DNA of 64,000 bases from Entomortierella parvispora E1425 (Eukaryota; Fungi; Mortierellomycota), in assembly GCA_020891255.1 (NCBI GenBank), contig BQFW01000012.1:372001-436000 (forward strand), given 5' to 3'. Under the pieces are notes generated by a model. The model made no database searches, was not told the origin of the DNA, and worked only from the letters and a program-made list of their open reading frames with translations. The number at the start of each line of letters is the position of its first letter. The stretch's first letter is position 1. Positions 52,703 to 64,000 of this stretch are shown piece by piece. Made by a program: the position numbers and the translations under genes.

Positions 52703-53920
52703 TTTATTTTTTTTTTTTGCGGAAGGCAACTCCAGATGTCAAGATCCGGACCCCCTGCTTCCGAAGGTTGCGGGGCTGGAGATTTTTGAAGGGTGTAAAA
52801 TGCCTGGAAGAAAAGGCACGAGAAAGTGCGCAATTGCTGTGAGAGATATACATGTAAAGACCCTTTTTGATTCTCAACAAAACTGCGTTTCAGCAAGGAC
52901 ATCGTCTTTCGTGAGGAACAACACGGATCGGGGTCGTTCAGCCAGACAGACACGTTGACTGGGCCGGATGGTCGGTGCCCCCTTGAACGGCATGGGACTC
53001 CCTCATTCCCATTACGCGTGCTCATTCACTTTCATCTTTTGTTTCTCTTCACGTCCACACGTCGGTTTTTTATTTGGCCCGAGCGAGCTCACGCGTTCCT
53101 GCACAATAGCGATGGACGGCGGGTGGGCCTCTATCGTACAAACCCCCTCCTTGATGAAGGATCGTTGCCTTTGTTGTCTGTGCGTGTATCTTCATGCATC
53201 GACTCCTCGTTCGTCTGTAGTCAGCACCTCCTTGAACAAAAAAAGAAAAGCAAGCTCTCATGCTCCACTCCCTTTCGCGCCGTCTGTCCTTCCGTCTGTC
53301 TGTCCACTCGGGAGCACATACGCACACACACCTCCGTCGACTTGGCATCCTTCTTGCACATCCTTCCGCTTGGTTTGGATTCTGGTTGGGTCGAGTTGTG
53401 CTTTGGTGTTTTGTTTGTCTTTGGGCGCACCCTCGTTTCCTCTTTCTTGTTTCCCACTCTTTTTCCCCGCCCTTTGCCCCCCACACACACTGTGCGTGTT
53501 TTTAGATTGCAGTCTGCATTCCCTCGCTTTTTGTTGTTTCGTGCCCTTTCGACAAAGGTCTTGCGGCTGCACAAGCCCTGCTCAGTTCTTCATGTTGGCT
53601 CTCTTGCTTCTGAACCCTTTGCCCACGTAATAATCATCCTCAAACACTTTGCAGCAACTCGTTCATTCCCCTCTCTCTCTCTCTGTCTCTGTCCGTCCCT
53701 GCCCACGAACATCATCATCGTAGTCATCATCATCTTCCATTGACCTTTATCTGGACTTGGTCCTTCTCTATCTCTCTTTCTCTCTCTCTTTCTCTCTTTT
53801 CTCCTTTCCATCCTCTCTGTCTCTCTCTATTTCTCGCTTTCGCTTTTGCTGTTGTTCCTTTTGCACTTTTTGCACTTTTTTTGTCCGTTCGTTTTAATAA
53901 TAATAGTAATGATTCATATA

Positions 53921-56900
53921 ATGAGTGGGTCGCCGCGGCCTCAGCAGCACCACCAAGAACAAGACCAACAGCTCACATCACCTTCCACCCATCTCTCCTC
54001 CACACCCCTGACCACCACCATGATGGCCTCTACTGCCAACACCGGTTCTACTTTCTCGGATGCTTCATATTCCTCCGACTCTCTCAAACAGAATCCACCT
54101 TCTTCTCCACCTCCCCACTTCCCCAACAGCCGCAACTCCAACAACAGTTCAAACTACCCTCCCCAACGACGGTCCCAGTCCTCTTCCCCGCCCCGTCGCC
54201 CTCCTCCTCAACACCTGGAAGCCATTCAAACCCAGAGAGCACAGGCCAGTGTCACCTTTCGACCCGTCTCCACCACGAGCTCGGAAATGGGTCTTGGAAG
54301 TGCACTGAACACGAGCCATAGCAATAGCAGTAATTCTTTTCAGAGTCAGGGACAGGGTCAGGGTCAGGGCCAGGGTGAGGAAGAGGAAAGGCAATCGCCT
54401 GTCAGCTATTCAGACCTGGCTTTGGTGTCTGCGGGAACGACCATGACGCCGGGCCAGGACATGTTCCCGATCACTCCATCGACCCTGGTCGATTCATCAT
54501 CCCCCATGACCGAGAGGAGTGTGGTTGATAGTCCGGGTCCGTTTCACATCATCCCTCTTTCTCCATCGTATCGGCCTTCGCCACCACTACATCACTCACA
54601 ATACCTCTATCGTCATGCAAGCGTCCGTATGCAAACACCATCCTACCCAACACTGTCATCGGCTCAACAGCAACAACTCCTCCAACAACCACAGCAAAGG
54701 ATGGGTGGCGCTGGGTCCAACAACAAGAGCCAGAGCAGCAGTAACCGCCGTGACAGTCAAATCTACAACAATAACAGTTATGGTCAGAGCAAACAGCTGC
54801 AGCAACAAGGGTCCCAGGGCATGGACTTGACCTATTCCTCTTCCTCGGATGATCCGCGGTTCCAACACTTGCCCAACCTGTGGCAGGTGCTGCATCGAAA
54901 GACTCTGCCACCGGTCTGTTTGTTTAATTTTTACCTGTACATGCGTGATTATGAACGGAGCAGTGAGGAGGTGGATTTCTGGCTGGACGTGACAGCCCAT
55001 GAGGTCCTGTGGCGTCTCTATGTCCGCGCCACAAAACGGAGGCAGGCCCTCGCGGCCGCAGAACGCGCAGAGAAGGAACATGAACGCGAAGCTGCCCGGC
55101 TGGAGGCAGAGAGGTGGAAGTCCCAGATAGATGAAGATGAAGACCAAGGTAAAACAGGCATTTTTTTTTCCCTCTCCCAGACAGAAAAAGAGAAAGACGC
55201 GTCGAGATCTTGTTCTAGGAACCAACAAAAACAAGGCCTCTAGATCGCTCACACGCACCATTTTTGTTTGTTCGACTAGGTCTGAAGAAGGGACACAAGC
55301 ACAAGCCCAGTGTCACCCCAGAAATGTACGAACCACACTGGTCAGCTGCAAACCGATACTTGGAACTGACGTCTTCTGGAGCAGGATCTTCATCTGCGCC
55401 TTCATCACCCCCTTTGGCCAAGGAAGCAACCACCACCATCGCCCTCTCCTCAACCACTGCGGCTCCCCATGTCAGGGAGCTCTCCTCTGAGCCCATCACC
55501 CTTTTTCATGGCGTCTCTCCCAAGAGTCCTCTCTCGCCTTCCACGACCCTTGGACGCGCCTACAGCGTGTCAGGGCCAGGAGGCACCATCGCAGGATCAA
55601 CCCCTTTGAGGAGAGGCATGACCCGGTCCGGCAGAGGGAGCCAAGAGCTGATTCAGGAGACGGGAGGAGCCATGTCGACGCGACCCACCACCACCACCAT
55701 CACCACCGCCTTGCGGACAGCTCCCAGTATCGCTCCACCCGCTCACGCTGGTTCCGATGCTACCGGGACCACCGCGACGACCAACACCAATAACAAACCG
55801 GCAGCGAACGGTCGTAGCAATAGCACGACGCCAAGACGCGCCATGACATCGGGTATGGCGGGCGTGACCAAAGAAGACCTGCAACGGTCTGCAGAACGGA
55901 TCTATTTTCGTTATCTCATCCCTCAAGCTGAAAAACCGGTTCGGATCCCAGGTGCGGTGCGACAGCGTGTGGCGGCCTTGATGGACAGCAACATGATGGC
56001 GTCTTTGAACAATCCGGTGTCGCCCATTTCCCAAAACGACCCCACAGCCACCGATGCAGGAGTTCAAAAAAGGGACAGCGGCAACACCGGCAATAGCAAG
56101 GATAGCAACAAGAGTAACAGGAACAGCCATGTCAATCACAACAATAATGGAGCGGCTGTTTCATTCCCGGAATCAGCCCAAACTGGAGGAGGAGGAGGAG
56201 GGGGAGGAGAAGGAGCAGGAGGAGCATCACAAGGAGGAATGCTGAAGCGAAAGACCAACCTGAAGGCCTCGTTCAGCACCGCTTCTGCCGCTCACCGTGA
56301 AAAGTCGTCTTCGAGCAACGCCCACGAAAAAAAACCGCCTCTGAGGGCAGCGGCAGCGACAGGACCTGCCGTGACCTTGACCACCAACCCTGCGTTGATG
56401 CAACCGGACCAAGATCTGGGGTTGGTCTTTGCAGAGGCGCGTGAGATTGTGTTTGAGGGCATGGAGTCTTATTATTTCCCTAGGTTCCTGAAAGCGCGTG
56501 CGTATGGCAACCTGGTGCATTCCCAACGGTTGACCCGCTTGTTCTTGGGTCTCTTTATCCTCTTTGTGGGCTTTGTCGTGGTCCTGTGTCTGATCTTTAT
56601 GAACGTCCGACCGCGTTCCACTCGTGCCTGGGTAAGTCAAGTTGTTTGTGTCGGTTGTCCTCAGCATCCTCTTTTATTTAGACAGTTCACTCGTAATCGG
56701 CGCTCATCCTCTTTTTGTTTCATGACCAAAAAATGACTGACTTGTCCTTCCCCCCCCCCCCCCCTTTTTTTTTTCCCTTCTCTCTCTCTTCATTCTTTTT
56801 TCTAGGCTCTAATCCCGATCTTTACAGGCATCTTTCTCTGCACCACATTTCAGTTCAACCTCTGTCCGATCCTGGTGCTCTTTGGCGTCAGTGAGACCAA

Positions 56901-57042
56901 ATGGATGCAGTTTGCCAAAGTCAAGGAGCCCTATATTCTCATGCTGCACCGGCAACGCGCGCTCAAGGTCATGGCGGTCGCGATCCTCTACACAGCTTGT
57001 GTAGGGACCATCTTTGGCGTCGTGCCAGGCCATCGACTGTAA
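53921..57042 (+). CDS. RAX1: RGS-domain bud-site/polarity protein Rax1; 3 exons
   Basis: LPNLWQVLHRKTLPPVCLFNFYLYMRD...DFWLDV, split RGS domain (AERIYFRYL...FPRFLKARAYGNL), TM helices and terminal VPGHRL*. Introns 55149-55279 and 56632-56805. Confidence 0.87.
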
Positions 57043-57329
57043 AAAACAAACAAAACAAACAAACAAACAAAAAAAAAAAAAGGAAACCAACCTACTAGGG
57101 CCTCTTAAATTTTCCCTCTCACCTTTCTTCTTTCACAAAAAAACCCAAACCAACCCCACATTCCATAGATTCAAAGATAGAAGAAGCATAGACACCAATA
57201 GAAGCATTCTCGCATCCCCTCCACCACGTCAAAACACCCTGTTCTGGATCCACGATTTTGAAGGTCGTATCATTTCATTATCGTTTTTATTTTGTTTTTT
57301 ACCCGCATGCCATTGCGTCCACTTCTTGT

Positions 57330-60201
57330 TTATTCAAGAATGACCACGTCCACCTCCTCACCATCCACCATCACGACCTCATCCACATCGACAGCCTGTT
57401 CCGCCGACGTGCCATCCCCTACACCATCATTCGAAACCGCATGGGGCTGCTGTGATCCACCGCCCAACTCTGAAGGATGAGCAGGCTCTGTCAGGGACGA
57501 CTTTTTCAAAGGTCCATTTTCCAGGATTTCCAAAGAACCGTCACGCTTCCGCTTCCTGGTCTCCTCCTCCTCCAACATGACAATATCCGAATCCTCCACA
57601 TGCTTGTGTGCAGGGGCCGAGGCCGCCTTGCGGGCCGCCTCCAGGGCTTCCTCGGCTGCATCGGCGGCCTTGAGTTGTTCCAGCGTTTTCCGAAGCTTGT
57701 CCTGCTGTACCAGCGCCTTGTGGACATCGCCCTCCAGAATAAACTTTTCGCCGTCCAGAGCGGCACTGTCACGGTGGATAATGTACACAATGACCTTGCG
57801 GTCATCCACGTCTACCAAATCCACAAACTTTCCGTTCGTCAGTTGCAACTCTGCCAATGTCTTTCCCAAGTTGTCATCGAAATCAGGATCATGAATGACT
57901 CTATATATCAGAGAGAACAAAAGTTAGAACTCGTTCCGTGAAATGGAGATAGAAGCCTCCCTGGTTTATCCTTGGCAAGTGGGTGGGAAAATGGTACCTT
58001 CCGTTCTCTTGAATCTCTACATCGGTCATTCCGCCGTCTTCCATAATATCGACAAAGTCCTGCACTGTGCTAGTCGTGGTATCAATCTTCAGTCCAATAT
58101 AAGCGTTGCGGCAGATGTAGCATCTGGGGTTGGGCTTTGCCAGTTTTTCGGAAATGAGCAGTTGATCACGGTCTCCACGCGAATCATACACGAGATAAGT
58201 CTAACATCGAAATAAAATGTTAAAAAAAACATTACAAAAAATAAAGGGCTTTTTTTTTCCTTGACAGCCTTCCATTGGTCCTTACTGTCTTGCAGTCGGC
58301 AATGCGCTTGTTCAAGATCTTGAATGCAAGCATCACCATCAATCCAGCAACGATGGCATTTGTAGTGGCGATGGCGGGGATAATGTTTCCGGCCATCGCT
58401 ATGAATGATAAACAGAGCAAAATTAGGTCGGTCAACTCTACCAACTACAATTTTTCCTGATCAGGAACCACTACTGCCAGATTTCTTACCTTTGACATCA
58501 AATCGACTCTTCTCCTCAATTCCGTAGACATGAGCACGAAGGTTGGCTGTGGCAGTAACAAAGTCCAAGGTCTCAGCATCATCCTTATCAAAAGAGATGG
58601 ATGCTTCTGGGTCAGACTCTCTCAGTTCCTTCAGGCGCTCCGTCAAACGAACAAGGCTAATAGAATAATTTGTAAGGGCAGTCCAAAGCAAGTCAGGCAA
58701 GTCAGTATCTATTCCAGTGTCCAAGAGCACCCTGTTTCAACAGCGCTAGTTTTCCCTCTAAACTCACCTGTCGCCAAATACAGTGACGGTCTCCGGAAGA
58801 GTCCAAACTCGTTGATCCTTCAAAGTCGTCGACTCTGGAGCGACATTCAGCTGCTGCGAGAGATGTCCTGTGATATCCATGATCTGATTATAGTTCAAAG
58901 GGGTGGGTGCCGCCCTGGTCTTCCACATGTCCTCCATCTTTCTCAATCTCTCAATATCTGTACCAAAGACCTTGTTGAACACGAGCTCTGTGAATCCTTC
59001 TTGACCAGCCTGGGCCAAGATGGTCTTCAGAGCTTGGGATTCCGCCTTTAGTGTTTCCAGTTCCTTGGCTATATCCCGAAAAGAGATCCACTGATGTCAG
59101 TTTTCCATTCAGGAAAGGCTTCAAGGTCATCCTGAAATGTGTCATAATATCAGTCCTTACCGGTTTCATCATCCGCATTGTCTTCTTTGACCATGACCTC
59201 ATCATCGTCATCCTCAGCGTTTCCAAACAGCAATCCAAAGAGGTAGCTCTTTGCCCACACAATGCAGTGAATTGGAGTGCTGGGTGTGCTTCGGATTGTG
59301 CAGACGGGAAAAGTCTTTGGGGTCTCTTTGGACAAGCAGTCGAAGCACTCTGTCAAATCTCCTGAAATCACTGTCACCTGTCCCAAATAGCCGGCAGTTC
59401 CTGATTCAATCAATGGCACCTTGGCAGCCAAGCACATTTTGTTGACATGCCTCCTCGCGTCTGTTCCAGCAAGAGGTCGGTTAGTGATCGTCCTCATATC
59501 AGGAGAATATGCAAAACTGTGGCCACAGATGAAAATCCATACCGAGGTTGTCCAGTGCATTCATGACGAGGTCAAATCCCTTGAACCATTCTACAGAAAA
59601 CTCTTCCTCCTTGATGTTCTGATGACGCGCCTCAATCCTCACATTGGGATTAAACTCCAATGCTGATTCTCTTGCAATCTAGAAATGCGGGGAAAGGATG
59701 GTTAGATCCAACCGATTCTCTCCTTGCGGTGGTGGCAGTGAAGGTCGATCATTTCCTGGAGTAGTAGCTTACCTTGGCCTTTGACTTTTTAATATGCTGC
59801 TTCTGGAAGAGGAACTGTCTGTTGAGGTTGGAAAGGTCGATGGTATCCAGATCAATCTAGCCAACGATGAACAAAGGAGCAAATGTGAGGATATGTCCAG
59901 CAAGAGAGGATGATTGATATATCGAGTCTGGTATGCCTCCAGTTATCCGCCCAGACAAAGGCTCCAGTCTATCTCCTCCATTGGCTTGTCCATCCAGTGA
60001 GGTCATCATTCATTCATTCATTCATTCATTCATTCATTCATGCATGCTTACAATCACAATGTCCTGGAATCCACTCATGACGAGGTTCTTGAGCAGTTCG
60101 CATCCGATGCCTCCTGCGCCGACCATAAGGACCCTTGAGGCCCCGACAGTGTTGAGCAGTGGCTCTCCGATAGTAGTCCTGAGGTGCGAGTTTCGTTCCA
60201 T
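57330..60201 (-). CDS. UBA2: SUMO-activating enzyme E1 subunit 2; 9 exons
   Basis: [30 protein letters not shown], catalytic [36 protein letters not shown] Zn motif. All traced introns are GT-AG. Confidence 0.95.
60007..60040. repeat. (CATT)n microsatellite in UBA2 intron 1
   Basis: About 8 perfect CATT units. Confidence 0.9.
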
Positions 60202-60543
60202 GGGCGAGGGGGTGGGGTTGATGTACAAAGAGAGAAAAGAAGGTTGATCCAATAATGGTCCGTCCAACCAAAGAAGGGAGAGGGGGACGCGCCATTAAGA
60301 CGATGTGTGACTGCGCTATGGATGGTGGCAACGGAGGGAGAAGAAAAGAAACGAAGACGAAGACGAAGGGGAAAGGGAAAAGGGACACACAAACAGAACA
60401 CCTTTTGTGAACGCGCGCTTTTCTTTGCCGTCTCTTCTTCGCCTTCACCTTCACTCCCTTCGCCTTCACGTATCCTCTCTCTCCTCTCCTCTCTCCTCTC
60501 CTCTCTCCTCCCCTCTCTCCTCCTCTCTCTCTCTCTCCACCGC
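60202..60543. promoter_or_regulatory. Probable bidirectional promoter shared by UBA2 and RAD54
   Basis: Only 342 bp between the divergent ATGs; ACGCGCGC (MCB-like) at 60411-60418 and CT-rich tracts. Confidence 0.6.
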
Positions 60544-63500
60544 ATGAAGCGCACATCGGCGGGCATCTCGCTCAAGAGACCCGCACCCAAACTCATGTCC
60601 AGTCAGGACATGCATCCTCCCTTGTCGCTTGAATGCACCTTGTCACCACCACCACCACCACCACCTGCTCCTTCTTCACCCACAGCCACCCTCTTTTCCT
60701 CCTCCACTATCCCAGACTCACTCCCAACCCCCCAGACCGCTGCCACAGAGATTCCGGCACGCAAAACGATCCTCAAGACGCCGGGCACAAAGTCGCCCGT
60801 GCGCAAAAAGGTTGAATTCGTCAATGATTCCGAGGGTTCATTGAGTGATCCCGACGACGATGACGATGACCTCTATGGAAGCCAAGGCAGCTCGGCATCG
60901 CAAGAGGTCAACCTGGTCAAACTGCCACCAAAGTCTGCACCAGAGAAGCGAGTCGCGCTCGTCCATTCCGAACCCGTCTCTGTTGTGCCTGAGTCGCCGC
61001 CACCAACCAGGCCAGAATCACCGCCACTGCCCGCCGAGAGGGCATTATCGCCGTCTTCTGTCCCGCCAAAGTCTGAAATAGCCACGCCAAAAGCTGCAAC
61101 ATCCATTCCAAAGACTGTAGCATCCCCACCAAAAGCTGTAACATCCACTCCAAAGACCGTAGCATCCCCACCAAAGACTGTAGCAACCACACCAAAGGCG
61201 GTAGTCTCTCTGCCAAGGACTACCACATCCCTGCCAAAGCCAAAGCCAGTGCCCAAAGTCGTAAAGGTCGAACTCAGCGACGAGGACGAAGACATGGAAG
61301 ACGAGGAAGAAGAAGAATACGGCGACGATGGCGAAGACAACAGTGGCTCCGATTATGATTCAGAAGGCTCTCGCCGCAAGCGTGTCAAGACTGGAAGGGT
61401 CACCCACCAGTCCATCAAAGCAAACCTCCCCGTGGCAACGACGCGCACCAGTCGATCTGGACGGCCTGCATTGGCCCCTCTCAAAGTCACCATCTCGTCA
61501 AAGCCACTCCCTACAACAAAGGCTGCCATGTCGGATGGCAAGGCACTCGTATCTCTTGGCAAAAAGTTTAAAGTCCCTACATTTACAAAACCTGGAACTG
61601 CCCCGGAGCCCACGCGACCCGGAACCTATACATTGGGTGCCAAGAGGCGGCCAGCTGTCGAGGGAAAGTCTGCACACGATTACACCATGGAAGGATCGAT
61701 CATCCTGTATGATCCAGCTTGGGCTGTACTGGACGAGGCGCAAAAGGAAGAAGAAAAGCTCATGAGCGCATCTCAGGAGCTTTCAAAGGACGACGACGAA
61801 AACTCACCCCCGCAGGTGATTATACCCAAGAAGGAGAAAGCAAAATACAAGTCGATTGCCGAGATACTTGGACTGACCAAGGTCAAGGAGGTTCCCAAAG
61901 TCCATGTTGTCGTAAGTGGTTGTCTGTTTGACCATTTGCTTTGTAGCTGCTGTTTTTCTCTGGGTCTAATCAAAATTATTGCTTTAAAGGTGGATCCGGT
62001 TCTTGGACGTGTCCTGCGTCCACATCAAGTGGAGGGAGTCAAGTTTATGTACAAGTGCACTACAGGAGCTGTTCAATCAAATGCATTTGGTTGTATTATG
62101 GCGGATGAAATGGGTCTGGGCAAAACGGTAAGCTAATATCCACAGTTGATTCTCTTGTGTCTCTACTTAATGACTCCTTGCTAACACAAAGCGCTGCCCC
62201 CAATTTAAATGTCTAGCTTCAATGTATTACACTACTATGGACGCTACTGAAGCAATCACCAGATCCAGGAAAGGGTACAATAGAAAAGTGCATCATTTGT
62301 TGCCCTTCATCTCTAGTCCGCAACTGGGCTAACGAAATTGTCAAGTGGCTGGGACCCGGAAAGATTGGCGTGTTGACATGCGATGCAAAGGGAACCAAGG
62401 AGGATACCAACAACGCAATGCGCAGATGGGCGTCCGCCAGACAGAGGATGGTCGTGAACCCCGTACTCATCATCAGTTACGAGAGTTTGCGAATGTACGC
62501 ACCGATTCTTGCACAGACTCCCATTGGCCTGATGCTCTGCGACGAAGGCCATCGACTCAAGAATTCAGGTACGATTTTGAATTCCAAAAGGCTTCTGTCC
62601 TTTCACGGCACAAAACTAACACGCCTTTGTCTTCCTCAACCAGGCTCACAAACATTCGTGGCCCTGAATGAGCTCAATGTTCAGCGAAGAGTGATCTTGT
62701 CAGGAACGCCAATTCAGAATGATTTGTCAGAGTACTTTTCGCTTTTGAACTTTGCTAATCCAGGGCTACTCGGATCGACGGCAGAATTCCGAAAGAATTA
62801 TGAACTGCCCATTTTGCGAGGACGAGACTCTGAGGCTTCTGATCACGAGCAGGAGATCAGTAATCAAAAGTTGGTCGAGCTCTCCGGAGTTGTCAGCAAA
62901 TTTATTATTCGACGGACAAACGATATTCTGTCGAAATACTGTAAGTTGCGTTTGATTGTCCACTTGATCTTAAAATATGTGTTTTCTAATGTCATTCTAC
63001 CTTGACTATTTCCAGTGCCAACCAAGTTTGAACATGTTGTTTTCTGCAAGCTATCAAACTTCCAACTGGATCTGTACAATCATTTCATCAATTCAAAGTC
63101 GATTCAACGATTGCTTCGTGGAAACGGATCTCAGCCTCTCAAAGCCATTGGGTTGCTCAAGAAGCTTTGCAACCACCCAGACCTTTTGGACTTGCCGGAT
63201 GATCTGGAAGGATGCGAAAAACTGTTGCCGCCCGATTATCAGACCAAGGATTCCAGGAAACCGATGTCGCGAGGTGGCGTGTTGGTGCAAACCGAGTTTT
63301 CTGGCAAGATGCAGGTTCTGGATCGGATGTTGGCCAAAATCAAAAAGGAGACCACGGACAAAATCGTCTTGATTTCCAATTACACACAGACATTGGACAT
63401 CTTTGAAAAGCTCTGTCGTCAGAAACAGTAAGTCTCTATTTGAGATGGAATGTCTCTTTTTGTTTCAGGTATAGTTGGCTATAGACCTGGATGACTTATT

Positions 63501-64000
63501 GGTCCATTTTTAACTAGATATGGTGTTTTGCGACTGGATGGTACAATGACAATCAACAAGAGACAGAAACTGGTTGACCGCTTCAACAACCCGGATGGAC
63601 ACGAGTTTGTGTTCTTGCTGAGCAGTAAAGCGGGAGGATGCGGTCTCAACCTGATCGGTGCCAACCGATTGATCCTCTTTGACCCTGACTGGAACCCAGC
63701 CGCAGATCAGCAGGCCTTGGCCCGTGTCTGGCGTGATGGTCAAAAGAAGGATTGTACGTATCCCCAACTATGCCAAGAGTATTCATTTGCGTATTGAGAT
63801 CCTTAATTAATGTGTCCGTCTTTCTTGTCTCCAGGTTTCGTTTACCGTTTCATCGCTACAGGCTCGATCGAGGAAAAAATCTTTCAGCGTCAATCCCACA
63901 AGCAATCGCTTTCGTCTTGCGTCGTGGATGAAGATCAGGATGTCGAGCGCCATTTCTCGCAGGAGAATCTTCGCCAACTTTTCCAGTTCAACGACAAGAC
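60544..64000 (+). CDS. RAD54: SNF2-family DNA translocase Rad54; multi-exon, 3' end beyond the window
   Basis: [93 protein letters not shown]. At least 6 GT-AG introns. Confidence 0.93.
61087..61239 (+). repeat. Coding 21-bp tandem repeat (7 units, PK[TA]V[AT][ST]x) in the RAD54 N-terminus
   Basis: CCAAAAGCTGCAACATCCATT / CCAAAGACTGTAGCATCCCCA / CCAAAAGCTGTAACATCCACT / CCAAAGACCGTAGCATCCCCA and three further units. Confidence 0.88.

Noticed and set aside
57330-64000. Minor (U12-type or AT-AC) introns in UBA2 or RAD54
   Set aside because: All traced introns have canonical GT(A/G)..AG ends without the GTATCCTT U12 donor.

Overview
Eukaryotic (fungal) genomic DNA with short GT-AG introns, long poly(dA:dT) tracts and microsatellites. 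The gene families (F-box/RNI-like proteins ending W..HWPKL, helical-domain NACHT-pentapeptide-WD40 proteins, Tyr-type GSTs with an N-terminal extension) point to Mortierellaceae; this lineage call is an inference. The left ~38 kb is an accessory-type region. It holds an F-box gene, a solo Myb/SANT-like gene, and a mirror-symmetric block (8.3-37.6 kb) in which two NLR-like NACHT-WD40 genes face outward around divergent arrays of related F-box genes (4 intact, 1 pseudogene, 1 CDS-less 'ghost'), several orphan ORFs and an expansin/RlpA-like gene. Flank homologies indicate an inverted duplication followed by reciprocal loss of F-box coding sequences. The right part contains NOP6, a candidate H/ACA-like structured RNA, a large low-complexity gene, a tandem array of four GSTs (one frameshifted), a bacterial-type alpha/beta hydrolase, tRNA-Cys(GCA), RAX1, and a head-to-head UBA2/RAD54 pair. 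No CRISPR array, rRNA or recognisable intact transposon was found. All alignments and folds were done by eye; no database search was run.
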